Of a stretch of 64,000 nucleotides of DNA, positions 20,081 to 29,820 are shown piece after piece. Both the position numbers and the translations under genes were made by a program. Below the pieces are notes generated by a model. That model had not been told where the DNA came from. It searched no databases and saw only the letters and a list, made by a program, of their open reading frames with translations. The stretch is from the NCBI GenBank assembly GCA_001950395.1, contig BDLO01000001.1, positions 469,979 to 533,978 on the forward strand, given 5' to 3'. Origin of the DNA: Coriobacteriaceae bacterium EMTCatB1. GTDB taxonomy: Bacteria > Actinomycetota > Coriobacteriia > Anaerosomatales > Anaerosomataceae. Numbering within the stretch: the stretch's first letter is position 1; the number at the start of each line of letters is the position of its first letter.

Positions 20081-22804
20081 TTGGCAGGGATCAAGCGCGT
20101 GTACGCCTTCGGCGGAGGCAGGACCGAGGGCAACAAGGACATGAAGTTCATCCTCGGCGGCAAGGGCGCAAACCTCGCGGAGATGGCGAACATGGGGCTT
20201 CCTGTGCCGCCCGGTTTCACGATCACGTGCCAGACGTGCATGGAGTACTACTCGTCGAACCCGCCTGCGTTCCCCGCGGGCCTGGAAGACGAGATCGCCG
20301 AGTATCTCGCCGAGCTCGAGCAGAAGATGGGCAAGCGCCTCGGCGACCCGAAAGACCCGCTGCTGGTCTCGGTCCGCTCGGGCGCGCCGTTCTCGATGCC
20401 GGGCATGATGGACACCATCCTCAACCTCGGCCTGAACGACGAGTCGGTGCAGGGGCTCATCGAGCAGACCAACAACCCGCGCTTCGCCTGGGACAGCTAC
20501 CGGCGGTTCATCCAGATGTTCTCGAAGGTCGTGCTCGACGTCGACGGCGACCTGTTCGAGAACGCGATCACCGAGATGAAGCTGGCGCGGGGAGCGTCTT
20601 CCGACGCCGACCTTGACGCTGACGACATGAAGGAGCTCACCGACCGCTTCAAGCGGATCGTCGCCGAGCACGTGTCACCCGAGGAGCATCCCGAACTCGT
20701 GGGGCCTGACGGCAGGGTCGCGTTCCCGCAAGACGTGCAGCTGCAGCTGCGCCTCGCCATCGAGGCTGTGTTCCGCAGCTGGATGAACGAGCGCGCCGTG
20801 TACTACCGCAAGATGGAGAAGATCCCGGACGACCTCGGCACTGCCGTGAACGTCCAGGCGATGGTGTTCGGCAACAAGGGCGAGACCTCGGCCACGGGCG
20901 TGGGCTTCACGCGCAACCCTGCGGACGGCACCAAGGAGTACTACGGCGACTTCCTCACCAACGCGCAGGGCGAAGACGTCGTCGCGGGCATCCGGCACAC
21001 GCAGCCGCTCTCGGAACTGCCGAACGTGCTTCCGGAAGCGGCCGAGGAGCTCTGGCGCGTGTTCGAGCGCCTCGAGGCCGAGTATCGCGACATGTGCGAC
21101 ATCGAGTTCACCATCGAGCAGGGCAAGCTCTGGATGCTTCAGACGCGTGTGGGCAAGCGCACCGCCCGTGCGGCACTCAAGATCGCCGTCGACATGGTGA
21201 ACGAGGGCATGATCACGCGCGAAGAGGCCGTGCAGCGCGTCAGCCCTGCGCAGCTCGATCAGCTCTTGCACCCGCAGTTCGACCCGAAGGCGACCATCGA
21301 GCCGATCGCGAAGGGACTCAACGCCAGCCCTGGCGCAGCGGTGGGCGAGGCGGTCTTCTCATCTGCGGACGCGGTCGCGGCCAAGGCGCAGGGCCGGAAG
21401 GTCATCCTGGTGCGCTGGGAGACGAACCCGGACGACTTGCCAGGCATGGACGCCGCCGAGGGCATCCTGACCTCGCACGGCGGCAAGACCTCCCACGCTG
21501 CCGTGGTTGCTCGTGGCATGGGCAAGCCCGCCGTGTGCGGGGCCGAGAAGCTCGTCATCGATGCCGAGCACAAGCTCGCGCGCGTCAAGGGCACCGACGT
21601 CGTCATCCGCGAGGGCGACGTGATCTCTATCGACGGCACCACGGGCGTGGTGGTGCTCGGCGCGGTGCCGCTGGTGGAGCCGGAGGTCTCGGGCGACTTC
21701 GACACCGTGCTGTCGTGGGCGGACGAGTTCCGCACGCTCGGCGTCCGCGCGAACGCCGACACGCCGGCTGACGCTGCGCTCGGTCGCAAGTTCGGCGCCG
21801 CAGGCATCGGGCTGTGCCGCACGGAGCACATGTTCTTGGGCGAGCGGAAGGCCATCGTGCAGTCGATGATCCTCGCCGAGGACGGCTCGCCGGAGCGTGC
21901 GGCGGCCCTCGAGAAGCTGCTTGCCGTGCAGACGCAGGACTTCCTGGAGATCTTCGAGGCGATGGACGGGCTGCCGGTGACGGTGCGCCTGCTCGACCCG
22001 CCGCTCCACGAGTTCCTGGACGACCCGCGGGCCTTGGAAGTCGAGATCGTGCGCGCAGAGGGCGCGGGTGCCGATCCAGACGAGCTTGCCGCCAAGCGCC
22101 GCCTGCTCGCTCAGATCGACTCGATGGTGGAAGCGAACCCGATGCTGGGTCTGCGCGGGTGCCGCCTCGGCATCATGTTCCCGGAGATCTACGCGATGCA
22201 GGTGCGCGCGATCGCGCGCGCGGCGTGCGAGCTCAGGAAGCAGGGGAAGGATCCGCGCCCCGAGATCATGATCCCTCTTGTGAGCGTCGTGACCGAGCTC
22301 GAGACGCTGCGCAAGGAGACCGAGGCGGTCGTGGCCGAAGTCTCGAGCGAGATGGGCGTCGACATCACGATCCCGGTCGGGACGATGATCGAGCTGCCGC
22401 GTGCGGCGGTCACCGCCGACGAGATCGGCGCCGTCGCGGACTTCTTCTCGTTCGGCACCAACGACCTCACACAAACGACGTTCGGTTTCTCTCGCGACGA
22501 CATCGAGGCGAAGTTCTTGCCGCGGTACCTCGAGCGCAAGATCCTCGCTCGCAACCCCTTCGAGACCATCGATAGCGGCGTGGCCAAGCTGGTGGAGACG
22601 GGGTGCCGTCTCGGTCGCGAGGCGAACCCGAAGCTCAAGCTGGGCGTGTGCGGCGAGCACGGCGGCGACCCGGACTCGGTGCACGTCTTCCACCGCATCG
22701 GGCTCGACTACGTGAGCTGCTCGCCGTATCGCGTGCCGCTCGCACGGCTCGCTGCGGCGCAGGCGGCGCTGGCCGGGAAGGTCTCGGGAAGCGACAACAG
22801 GTAG
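20081..22804 (+). CDS. ppdK: Pyruvate, phosphate dikinase
   Basis: TTG 20081 follows GGAGAGGGAG and gives an (M)AGIKRVYAFGGG N-terminus typical of PPDK. Phosphohistidine motif GGKTSHAAVVARGMG. PEP-utilising C-terminus (NDLTQ, CGEHGGDP). ORF-track GTG 20015 and ATG 20039 are alternative starts. Confidence 0.93.
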   Translation: MAGIKRVYAFGGGRTEGNKDMKFILGGKGANLAEMANMGLPVPPGFTITCQTCMEYYSSNPPAFPAGLEDEIAEYLAELEQKMGKRLGDPKDPLLVSVRSGAPFSMPGMMDTILNLGLNDESVQGLIEQTNNPRFAWDSYRRFIQMFSKVVLDVDGDLFENAITEMKLARGASSDADLDADDMKELTDRFKRIVAEHVSPEEHPELVGPDGRVAFPQDVQLQLRLAIEAVFRSWMNERAVYYRKMEKIPDDLGTAVNVQAMVFGNKGETSATGVGFTRNPADGTKEYYGDFLTNAQGEDVVAGIRHTQPLSELPNVLPEAAEELWRVFERLEAEYRDMCDIEFTIEQGKLWMLQTRVGKRTARAALKIAVDMVNEGMITREEAVQRVSPAQLDQLLHPQFDPKATIEPIAKGLNASPGAAVGEAVFSSADAVAAKAQGRKVILVRWETNPDDLPGMDAAEGILTSHGGKTSHAAVVARGMGKPAVCGAEKLVIDAEHKLARVKGTDVVIREGDVISIDGTTGVVVLGAVPLVEPEVSGDFDTVLSWADEFRTLGVRANADTPADAALGRKFGAAGIGLCRTEHMFLGERKAIVQSMILAEDGSPERAAALEKLLAVQTQDFLEIFEAMDGLPVTVRLLDPPLHEFLDDPRALEVEIVRAEGAGADPDELAAKRRLLAQIDSMVEANPMLGLRGCRLGIMFPEIYAMQVRAIARAACELRKQGKDPRPEIMIPLVSVVTELETLRKETEAVVAEVSSEMGVDITIPVGTMIELPRAAVTADEIGAVADFFSFGTNDLTQTTFGFSRDDIEAKFLPRYLERKILARNPFETIDSGVAKLVETGCRLGREANPKLKLGVCGEHGGDPDSVHVFHRIGLDYVSCSPYRVPLARLAAAQAALAGKVSGSDNR

Positions 22805-22843
22805 CATCGCAGGCCGCCTGACGGCGGCGGAAGCGGGGGAGCG

Positions 22844-23215
22844 GTGGCGCGTACCACGCGGCTGTACCAGCGAGCGCGGTCGCCTCTCATCCAGGGCCGG
22901 TCCCGACGGGAGCGGCCCTGGAGGGTCGACTTTGCCGTTGCGGTGTCGTGGGGGTGCGCGCTTCTGATCGCGCTGATGGTCGGCGGCCACGTGGCCGAGA
23001 CGGGCACCCTCGTCCCAGCTGCAGGTGGGTCGACCGCATGGTGGTCGGCGTTCGGTGCCGGCGTCGTGGTCGCCGTCGTCTGCGGAGCAGCGGGCGTCTC
23101 GCTGGCGCGTGGGTGGGGCGCCGTGCGGCCAGGACGCACGGGAGCCATCGTTGCGTGCGCCGCGGTCGTCGCGTACTGGCTGGTGTTCGGCGGCGTGGCA
23201 GCCGCACGGAGGTAG
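22844..23215 (+). CDS. Small hypothetical membrane protein (3 predicted TM segments)
   Basis: 123-aa ORF that fills the gap between ppdK and dgt. It has three hydrophobic stretches and no recognisable motifs. Confidence 0.4.
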   Translation: MARTTRLYQRARSPLIQGRSRRERPWRVDFAVAVSWGCALLIALMVGGHVAETGTLVPAAGGSTAWWSAFGAGVVVAVVCGAAGVSLARGWGAVRPGRTGAIVACAAVVAYWLVFGGVAAARR

Positions 23216-23217
23216 TG

Positions 23218-24246
23218 ATGCTGACTCGCGAGCAGGCAGAGCAGGAGGAGCGCCGCCGCCTGTCCTCACGGGCGGCGTTCTCGGATGCGACGAAGGGCCG
23301 TGAGCGTCCGCTCGAGCCGGACGCGCTGCGCACCGCGTTCCAGCGCGACCGCGACCGGATCATCCACTGCAAGGCCTTCCGCCGGCTGTCGCACAAGACG
23401 CAGGTCTTCCTCGCGCCTGAGGGCGACCACTACCGGACGCGCCTTACGCACACGCTCGAGGTCGCGCAGATCGCGCGCACGATCGCGCGCGCGCTTCGCT
23501 TGAACGAAGACCTCACGGAGGCCATCGCGCTCGGCCACGACCTCGGGCACACCCCGTTCGGCCACACCGGCGAGGACGCGCTCACGGAGTGCTTCAAGGA
23601 GATCAAGGGTCGCTACCCCAACGTTCCCGACAAGTTCCGCCACAACCTACAGTCGCTGCGCGTGGTGGAGGTGCTGGAGTACGACGGGAAGGGGCTCAAC
23701 CTCACGTGGGAGGTCCGTGACGGCATCCGATGCCACACCGGCCCGGTTCGCGCGTCGACGCTCGAGGGTCAGATCGTGGCGATCGCGGATCGCATCGCGT
23801 ACGTCAACCACGACATCGACGACGCCATCCGAGGCGGCGTGATCAAGGAGTCCGACCTGCCCGAAGGACCGACGTCCGTGCTCGGCCACAACCACGGCGC
23901 GCGCATCACGACGATGGTGCAGGACATGGTGAGCTCGTCGTTGGATTCTGACGAGATCCGCATGTCAGACGAGGTCTGGCAGGCGCTGACCGAATTGCGG
24001 TCGTGGCTGTTCGCGAACGTGTACGAGTCCCCGCGCGCGAAGTCCGAGGAGCCCAAAGCGCACGGCGTGGTGAAGGCGCTGTTCATGCACTACCTGGAGA
24101 ATCGCGAGGAGCTCCCGTCGGAGTTCGCCCCTCGCGACGAGAGCGAGCTCGTGCAGCGCGTCGTGGACTACGTCGCCGGGATGACCGACCGGTTCGCCAT
24201 ACGCCGCTTCCAGCAGATCTTCGTGCCGTCGCAGTGGCGCGTGTGA
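23218..24246 (+). CDS. dgt: dGTP triphosphohydrolase-like HD-domain protein
   Basis: ATG 23218 gives MLTREQ. The sequence contains FQRDRDRIIHCKAFRRL and the HD motif HTLEVAQIAR...GHDLGHTPFGH. Confidence 0.85.
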   Translation: MLTREQAEQEERRRLSSRAAFSDATKGRERPLEPDALRTAFQRDRDRIIHCKAFRRLSHKTQVFLAPEGDHYRTRLTHTLEVAQIARTIARALRLNEDLTEAIALGHDLGHTPFGHTGEDALTECFKEIKGRYPNVPDKFRHNLQSLRVVEVLEYDGKGLNLTWEVRDGIRCHTGPVRASTLEGQIVAIADRIAYVNHDIDDAIRGGVIKESDLPEGPTSVLGHNHGARITTMVQDMVSSSLDSDEIRMSDEVWQALTELRSWLFANVYESPRAKSEEPKAHGVVKALFMHYLENREELPSEFAPRDESELVQRVVDYVAGMTDRFAIRRFQQIFVPSQWRV

Positions 24247-24282
24247 AGCGGCCAGGCGCTTGGAGCGGGCGTTGCCGTTCTG

Positions 24283-24311
24283 TTGCCGTATGCAGGACGT
24301 TCGCATAGAAT
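24283..24311 (+). promoter_or_regulatory. Putative sigma-70-type promoter of hppA
   Basis: TTGCCG, a 17-nt spacer, then TAGAAT. The -10 element ends 53 nt upstream of the hppA ATG. Confidence 0.5.
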
Positions 24312-24364
24312 CGCGCAAGCACGGCACGGCCATGTACTAGGACACAGAAGGGAGAAGCGCGCAG

Positions 24365-26455
24365 ATGGCAGATTGGATAGCCTGGTTCGCGCCTGTCTCC
24401 GCGCTCATCGGCGTGGGGGTGGCGGCGTACCTGGCGTCGTGGGTCCTCAAGCAAGACCCCGGCACCGAGCGCATGCAGGAGATCTCGAAGGCCACGCAGG
24501 AAGGCGCGATGGCGTTCCTGTTCCGCGAGTACCGCGTGCTCGTGGTGTTCGCCGCCATCGTGTTCGTGCTGCTCGGCGTCGCCGTGAACTGGCTCACCGG
24601 TGTCGCGTTCCTCACGGGCGGCCTCCTGTCCGCCGGAGCAGGGTACGTGGGCATGTACGTGGCCACGCGTGCCAACGCGCGCACCGCGCAGGCGGCGACC
24701 AAGGGCATCGAGAAGGCGCTCGCGGTGGCGTTCCGCTCGGGTCTCACGATGGGGCTGACGGTCGCGAGCTTCGGCCTCGGCGGCCTCGCCCTGTGGGCCA
24801 TCTTCTTGCTGGTGACCGGCAGCGACCCGGCGAAGAACGCCGAGATCGTCAACGGCTTCGCGATGGGCGCGTCCTCGATCGCGTTGTTCGCGCGCGTTGG
24901 CGGCGGCATCTACACCAAGGCCGCTGACGTGGGCGCGGACCTGGTGGGCAAGGTCGAGGCGGGCATCCCCGAGGACGACCCGCGCAACCCCGCCGTCATC
25001 GCGGACAACGTCGGCGACAACGTGGGCGACGTCGCCGGCATGGGCGCCGACCTCTTCGAGAGCTACGTCGGCTCGATCCTCGCGCCGATGGTGCTTGCGA
25101 TCTCTCTGTGGTTCACCGCCGGCGGCGAGCGGAGCATCGACCTGCAGTACGGCATCACCGCTCCGCTGCTGATCGCCGCGTTCGGCATCATCATGTCGAT
25201 CATCGGGCTGTTCGCCGTGAAGGCGAAGGAGGGCGGCAACCTCCACTCCGCGCTGAACCGCGGCACCTACGTCGCCGCCGTGCTCGAGGTGCTCGCGATG
25301 TTCTGGCTGTTCTACCACTGGAGCACGCGCGTCGGCGCTGGCCCTGAGCGGCTGTGGTACTTCGGTTCGGTGGTCGTCGGGCTCATCGCCGGCATCTCGA
25401 TCGGGAAGATCACCGAGTACTTCTGCTCCGACCACTACAACCCGGTCAAGAAGATCGCCGAATCGAGCGAGACGGGCGCCGCGACGAACATCATCGCCGG
25501 CCTTGGCACTGGCATGATGTCGACGGCAGCTCCGATCCTCGTCGTGGCTGTGGGCATCGTCGGAGCGTACCTCATGGGCAACGCCGCCGTGCCCGGCAAC
25601 GAGCTCTCCGGCATCTACGGCATCGCCCTTGCCGCGCTCGGCATGCTCTCGATCACCGCCATCACGGTCGGCGTCGACGCGTACGGCCCGGTCGCTGACA
25701 ATGCCGGCGGCATCGCGGAGATGGCCGAGATGGGCGCTCCGATCCGCAAGATCACGGACTCGCTCGACAGCGTCGGAAACACCACCGCCGCAATCGCCAA
25801 GGGCTTCGCGATCGGATCTGCGGGCCTTACGGCTCTGGCTCTGTTCGTCGCTTTCCGCCAGTCGCTTTCGGTGGGCGGCATGAGCGTCGACATGTCGCTG
25901 GAGAACCCGTACGTCATCACCGGCCTGTTCATCGGCGGCATGCTGCCGTTCCTCTTCGGCGCCTTGACGATGGGTGCCGTCGGCCGTGCTGCGTTCTCGA
26001 TGATCGGCGAGGTGCGGCGCCAGTTCCGCGAGATCCCAGGGCTCATGGAGGGCAAGGCGCGTCCGGACTACGCGGCGTGCGTGGACATCTCCACGAAGGG
26101 CGCCCTCAAAGAGATGGTAGTGCCCGGCACGATCGCCGTCGCAGTCCCGCTGGTGGCTGGCCTGATCGACCTGTCGATGCTCGCTGGCCTCCTGGCGGGT
26201 GCTCTGGTGACCGGCTTCCTGCTGGCCATCATGATGGCGAACGCAGGTGGCGCGTGGGACAACGCCAAGAAATTCATCGAGGCTGGCAACCACGGCGGGA
26301 AGGGTTCTGACGCCCACAAGGCCGCCGTCGTCGGCGACACGGTCGGCGACCCGTTCAAAGACACTTCTGGCCCGTCGATGAACATCCTCATCAAGCTCAT
26401 GACGGTCGTGTCGCTCGTGTTCGTGCCGCTGTTCCTGAAGGTGCACGGCGGCTAG
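24365..26455 (+). CDS. hppA: Membrane-bound ion-translocating pyrophosphatase (K+-dependent-type signature)
   Basis: 696-aa polytopic protein with motifs [20 protein letters not shown] and [19 protein letters not shown] has Ala at the Ala/Lys position that distinguishes K+-dependent from K+-independent enzymes. Confidence 0.93.
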   Translation: MADWIAWFAPVSALIGVGVAAYLASWVLKQDPGTERMQEISKATQEGAMAFLFREYRVLVVFAAIVFVLLGVAVNWLTGVAFLTGGLLSAGAGYVGMYVATRANARTAQAATKGIEKALAVAFRSGLTMGLTVASFGLGGLALWAIFLLVTGSDPAKNAEIVNGFAMGASSIALFARVGGGIYTKAADVGADLVGKVEAGIPEDDPRNPAVIADNVGDNVGDVAGMGADLFESYVGSILAPMVLAISLWFTAGGERSIDLQYGITAPLLIAAFGIIMSIIGLFAVKAKEGGNLHSALNRGTYVAAVLEVLAMFWLFYHWSTRVGAGPERLWYFGSVVVGLIAGISIGKITEYFCSDHYNPVKKIAESSETGAATNIIAGLGTGMMSTAAPILVVAVGIVGAYLMGNAAVPGNELSGIYGIALAALGMLSITAITVGVDAYGPVADNAGGIAEMAEMGAPIRKITDSLDSVGNTTAAIAKGFAIGSAGLTALALFVAFRQSLSVGGMSVDMSLENPYVITGLFIGGMLPFLFGALTMGAVGRAAFSMIGEVRRQFREIPGLMEGKARPDYAACVDISTKGALKEMVVPGTIAVAVPLVAGLIDLSMLAGLLAGALVTGFLLAIMMANAGGAWDNAKKFIEAGNHGGKGSDAHKAAVVGDTVGDPFKDTSGPSMNILIKLMTVVSLVFVPLFLKVHGG

Positions 26456-26488
26456 CAGGGGGCGGTGTCGCACCTGCGTAGTAGAATG

Positions 26489-26527
26489 CTCCCGGGCGCC
26501 TGAGGCGTCCGGGAGCTTCGGTTTTCG
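26489..26527 (+). terminator. Rho-independent terminator after hppA
   Basis: GC-rich hairpin CTCCCGGGCGCC-TGA-GGCGTCCGGGAG followed by CTTCGGTTTTCG. Confidence 0.6.
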
Positions 26528-26546
26528 CCAGAGGGGAAGAGGTGCA

Positions 26547-28373
26547 GTGGGTCGGATTCCCGACGAGGACATCCAGCGCGTGCGAGACGCGACGGATCTC
26601 GTGCAGCTCGTCTCCGAAACGGCCGTTGTGAAGCAGCGGGGTCGCCTCTGGTGGGCGAACTGCCCCTTCCATCAAGAGAAGACCCCTTCGTTCAAAGTCG
26701 ATCCCGCGACGCAGCTCTGGCACTGCTTCGGGTGCGGGCGAGGCGGCGATGTCTTCGACTTCGTGAAGGAGTCCCAAGGACTCGAGTTCTACGAGGCCGT
26801 GCGGTGGCTGGCGGAACGCGCCCGCATCGAGATCCACGAGGAGGAGGGCGGCGCCTCCTTCGGCGCGAAGGAGCGGCTTCGTGCTGCATGCGAGGCGGCG
26901 GCCGCGTTCTACCACAAGGTGCTCACGACCGACCGCTCGCCACAGGCCCAGGCCGCCCGCGAGTACCTGTCGTCCCGCGGTTTCGGGAGCGAGGTCGCCA
27001 AGCGGTGGCGCCTCGGATTCGCGCCGATCGGCGGGCGCTCGCTCGTGTCGTACCTTGCAGGGCAAGGATTCACCCGCGACGAGCTGCTGGGAGCCGGGCT
27101 CGCGGTCGGCGGAGCGGGCGAGCGGCTCCGCGATCGGTTTGTCGGCCGCGTGATGTTCCCGATCGCAGACCTCCACGGCCGCGTGATCGCGTTCGGGGGG
27201 CGGGTTCTGGAGTCGGCGGGCGGCAGCGGCCCGAAGTACCTGAACTCGAGCGAGACGCCGATCTTCGTGAAGGCGGCGAACCTGTACGGCATCGACAAGG
27301 CCCGCAATCCGATCGTGGTTGCGAACAGAGCGGTCGTGGTCGAGGGGTACACCGACGTCATCGCGCTGCACGAGGCGGGCATCCAAACGGCCGTGGCCAC
27401 GCTCGGGACCGCGCTGGGAGAGAGGCACGTCCGGCTGCTCTCGCGCTTCGCGAAGCGCGTCCTGTACCTCTTCGACGGCGACGAAGCCGGCCTGCGCGCT
27501 GCGGATCGGGCGTTGGAGTTTGTGGATTGGAGCGCCACGCCGGAGGCAGGCGGCGGACGGGTGGACTTCGCAGTCGCCATCATCCCGGACGGGCTCGACC
27601 CGGCCGACTTCCTCGCGCAGCGTGGCGCCGCAGCGATGCAAGCCGTGATCGACGGCGCGGTGCCGCTCGTGCGTTACGCGCTCGACCGGCGGATCGAGCG
27701 GCACGACACCGGGACGCCCGAAGGGAAAGCGGCGGCCTTGGCCGAGGCCGTGGACGTGCTGGCTCGAGTCGGTGGAAACATCCTTGCCGAGGAGTACGCC
27801 CGCTACGTGGCGGATCGGTTGCTCGTGGAGCCGGCGAGCGTGCTCGCCGCACTGGCGAAGGCCCGCAAGGCGCGGCGCAGAGCTGCGAGGCCGGATGAGG
27901 CCGCCAAGGAGCGCGAACCGGCGGAGATCGTGGTCGAGATGAGCGCGCCAGAGCGAGCACTGCTGATGCTGGCAGCCGGCTATCCGAACATTCGCTCCTC
28001 GGCACGAGAGTTGCTAGCAGAAGACCTCGGCGAACCACTGGTCTCCAGCAACGTGAAGCGGCTCGTCGAAGCGGTGATCGAAGCGGGAGCCGCAACCGGC
28101 GACGGACTGCTCGCACTCGTGCGCGAGCGCGTGCCTGAGGCCGCCACGACGTTGAGCGCGGTGCTTGTGGACGCTCCAGAAGTGGAAGAAGTACAATACG
28201 CATTTCGCGAGATAGCAGACAGACTCAAGGAATCCGCCTTAGAACGTCTAATCTTGCGTAAGAATGCGCGTTTGCGCGAGCTGGATCCGGTGAAGGACGC
28301 AGAGGAGCACGAAGCCGTGTTCCGCGAGCTGGTGGAGATCCAGAGGGCGCTTGCGGCGCTGAAGAAGGGGTAA
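26547..28373 (+). CDS. dnaG: DNA primase
   Basis: Zinc-finger CPFHQEKTPSFKV...CFGCG and TOPRIM motifs (EGYTDV, DGDEAG). It lies upstream of rpoD as in the classical operon. Confidence 0.93.
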   Translation: MGRIPDEDIQRVRDATDLVQLVSETAVVKQRGRLWWANCPFHQEKTPSFKVDPATQLWHCFGCGRGGDVFDFVKESQGLEFYEAVRWLAERARIEIHEEEGGASFGAKERLRAACEAAAAFYHKVLTTDRSPQAQAAREYLSSRGFGSEVAKRWRLGFAPIGGRSLVSYLAGQGFTRDELLGAGLAVGGAGERLRDRFVGRVMFPIADLHGRVIAFGGRVLESAGGSGPKYLNSSETPIFVKAANLYGIDKARNPIVVANRAVVVEGYTDVIALHEAGIQTAVATLGTALGERHVRLLSRFAKRVLYLFDGDEAGLRAADRALEFVDWSATPEAGGGRVDFAVAIIPDGLDPADFLAQRGAAAMQAVIDGAVPLVRYALDRRIERHDTGTPEGKAAALAEAVDVLARVGGNILAEEYARYVADRLLVEPASVLAALAKARKARRRAARPDEAAKEREPAEIVVEMSAPERALLMLAAGYPNIRSSARELLAEDLGEPLVSSNVKRLVEAVIEAGAATGDGLLALVRERVPEAATTLSAVLVDAPEVEEVQYAFREIADRLKESALERLILRKNARLRELDPVKDAEEHEAVFRELVEIQRALAALKKG

Positions 28374-28406
28374 GGGCGAAGCGGCGATCAGACGGAGTGA
28401 CGGCGA

Positions 28407-29771
28407 GTGACGGAAACCAGCGAAGGAAGACCCAAGAAGCAGAGCGCGAGCAAGAAGAACGCTGCGGCCGCGGGCAAGGGACGCACGGCCGTTCGTGCGC
28501 TCATCGAGGCGGGCCTCGAGAAGGGCTCGCTGACTGACGAGGAGATTCAGCACGCTCTCGCAGAGGCGGAGCTTTCCGAGGACCAGATCGAGCGCGCCTA
28601 CGCGGAGATCGCGAAGGCCGGCATCGAGATCGTCGAGGAAGCGCCCGCGGCGGTGGTTCCTGCGCACGACGAGGTCGTGGTTGCCGATGAGGCGCTCGAC
28701 GCCGACCTCCCCGAAGACCTCGCCGCAGTCGCCGACGTCGTGGCAGACATCGAAGGCGTGGCCGGCAAGAGCGAGCCGAAGAAGCCCAGCAAGAAGAACG
28801 ACGCGCGCGCACGGGCGCGGAAACGCGCCGAGGCACACGTGAACGTCCCTGTCACGAGCGACCCCGTGCGGATGTACCTGAAGGAGATCGGCAAGGTGCC
28901 GCTCCTCACGGCTGCGCAAGAGGTCGACCTCGCCAAGAAGATCGAGGCAGGCGTGGAGGCCACGGCCAAGCTCGAGGAGGCCGAGGCCAAAGGCATCGAG
29001 CTCGATCCGGCGGAGCGCCGTCGGCTCGAGCGGCTCGAGCACATCGGGCTTCAGGCCAAGCAGCAGCTTGTGGAGGCGAACCTTCGGCTGGTCGTGTCGA
29101 TCGCCAAGCGGTACGTCGGCCGCGGCATGCTCTTCCTCGACCTCATCCAGGAGGGCAACCTCGGCCTCATCCGCGCGGTCGAGAAGTTCGACTACAGCAA
29201 GGGCTTCAAGTTCTCGACGTACGCAACGTGGTGGATCAGGCAGGCCATCACCCGGGCCATCGCGGACCAGGCCCGCACAATCCGCATCCCCGTGCACATG
29301 GTCGAGACCATCAACAAGGTCATCCGCATCCAGCGGCAGCTGCTCCAGGAGCTCGGGCGCGAGCCGACGCCGGAGGAGATCGGCGAGCAGATGGACATGA
29401 GCGCCGACCGCGTGCGGGAGATTCTGAAGATCTCGCAGGAGCCGGTCTCTCTCGAGACGCCGATCGGCGAGGAGGAGGACTCGCAGCTCGGGGACTTCAT
29501 CGAGGATTCCGACGCCGTGGTGCCGGCGGACGCTGCGTCCTTCTCGATGCTGCAGGAGCAGCTGCAGCGCGTGCTCGACTCGCTGTCTGAGCGCGAGCGG
29601 AAGGTCATCGAGCTGCGGTTCGGGCTCGTCGACGGGCACCCGCGCACGCTCGAGGAGGTCGGGCGCGAGTTCGGCGTCACGCGCGAGCGTATCCGTCAGA
29701 TCGAGAGCAAGACGCTGTCGAAGCTGCGTCACCCGTCGCGGTCGGCCCGCCTGCGGGACTACCTCGAGTAG
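28407..29771 (+). CDS. rpoD: Principal RNA polymerase sigma factor (RpoD/SigA)
   Basis: Carries the rpoD box [40 protein letters not shown] and region 4.2 [20 protein letters not shown]. Confidence 0.95.
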   Translation: MTETSEGRPKKQSASKKNAAAAGKGRTAVRALIEAGLEKGSLTDEEIQHALAEAELSEDQIERAYAEIAKAGIEIVEEAPAAVVPAHDEVVVADEALDADLPEDLAAVADVVADIEGVAGKSEPKKPSKKNDARARARKRAEAHVNVPVTSDPVRMYLKEIGKVPLLTAAQEVDLAKKIEAGVEATAKLEEAEAKGIELDPAERRRLERLEHIGLQAKQQLVEANLRLVVSIAKRYVGRGMLFLDLIQEGNLGLIRAVEKFDYSKGFKFSTYATWWIRQAITRAIADQARTIRIPVHMVETINKVIRIQRQLLQELGREPTPEEIGEQMDMSADRVREILKISQEPVSLETPIGEEEDSQLGDFIEDSDAVVPADAASFSMLQEQLQRVLDSLSERERKVIELRFGLVDGHPRTLEEVGREFGVTRERIRQIESKTLSKLRHPSRSARLRDYLE

Positions 29772-29820
29772 ACGCGTCGCCTGCTCGCGTCGGCTGCCGT
29801 TGCGGCTCGATGCGCTCGAT

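Noticed and set aside
21359-23269. 636-aa minus-strand ORF antisense to ppdK
   Set aside because: ppdK is unambiguous on the + strand, and the antisense product has no motifs.
24083-26572. 829-aa minus-strand ORF antisense to hppA
   Set aside because: hppA on the + strand has diagnostic PPase motifs along its full length. The antisense product is Arg/His/Asp-rich with no TM or domain pattern.
29772-29820. Short palindrome GACGCG...CGCGTC between the convergent rpoD and cytochrome genes, considered as a bidirectional terminator
   Set aside because: The stem is only 6 bp and has no flanking T or A tracts, which is too weak to call.
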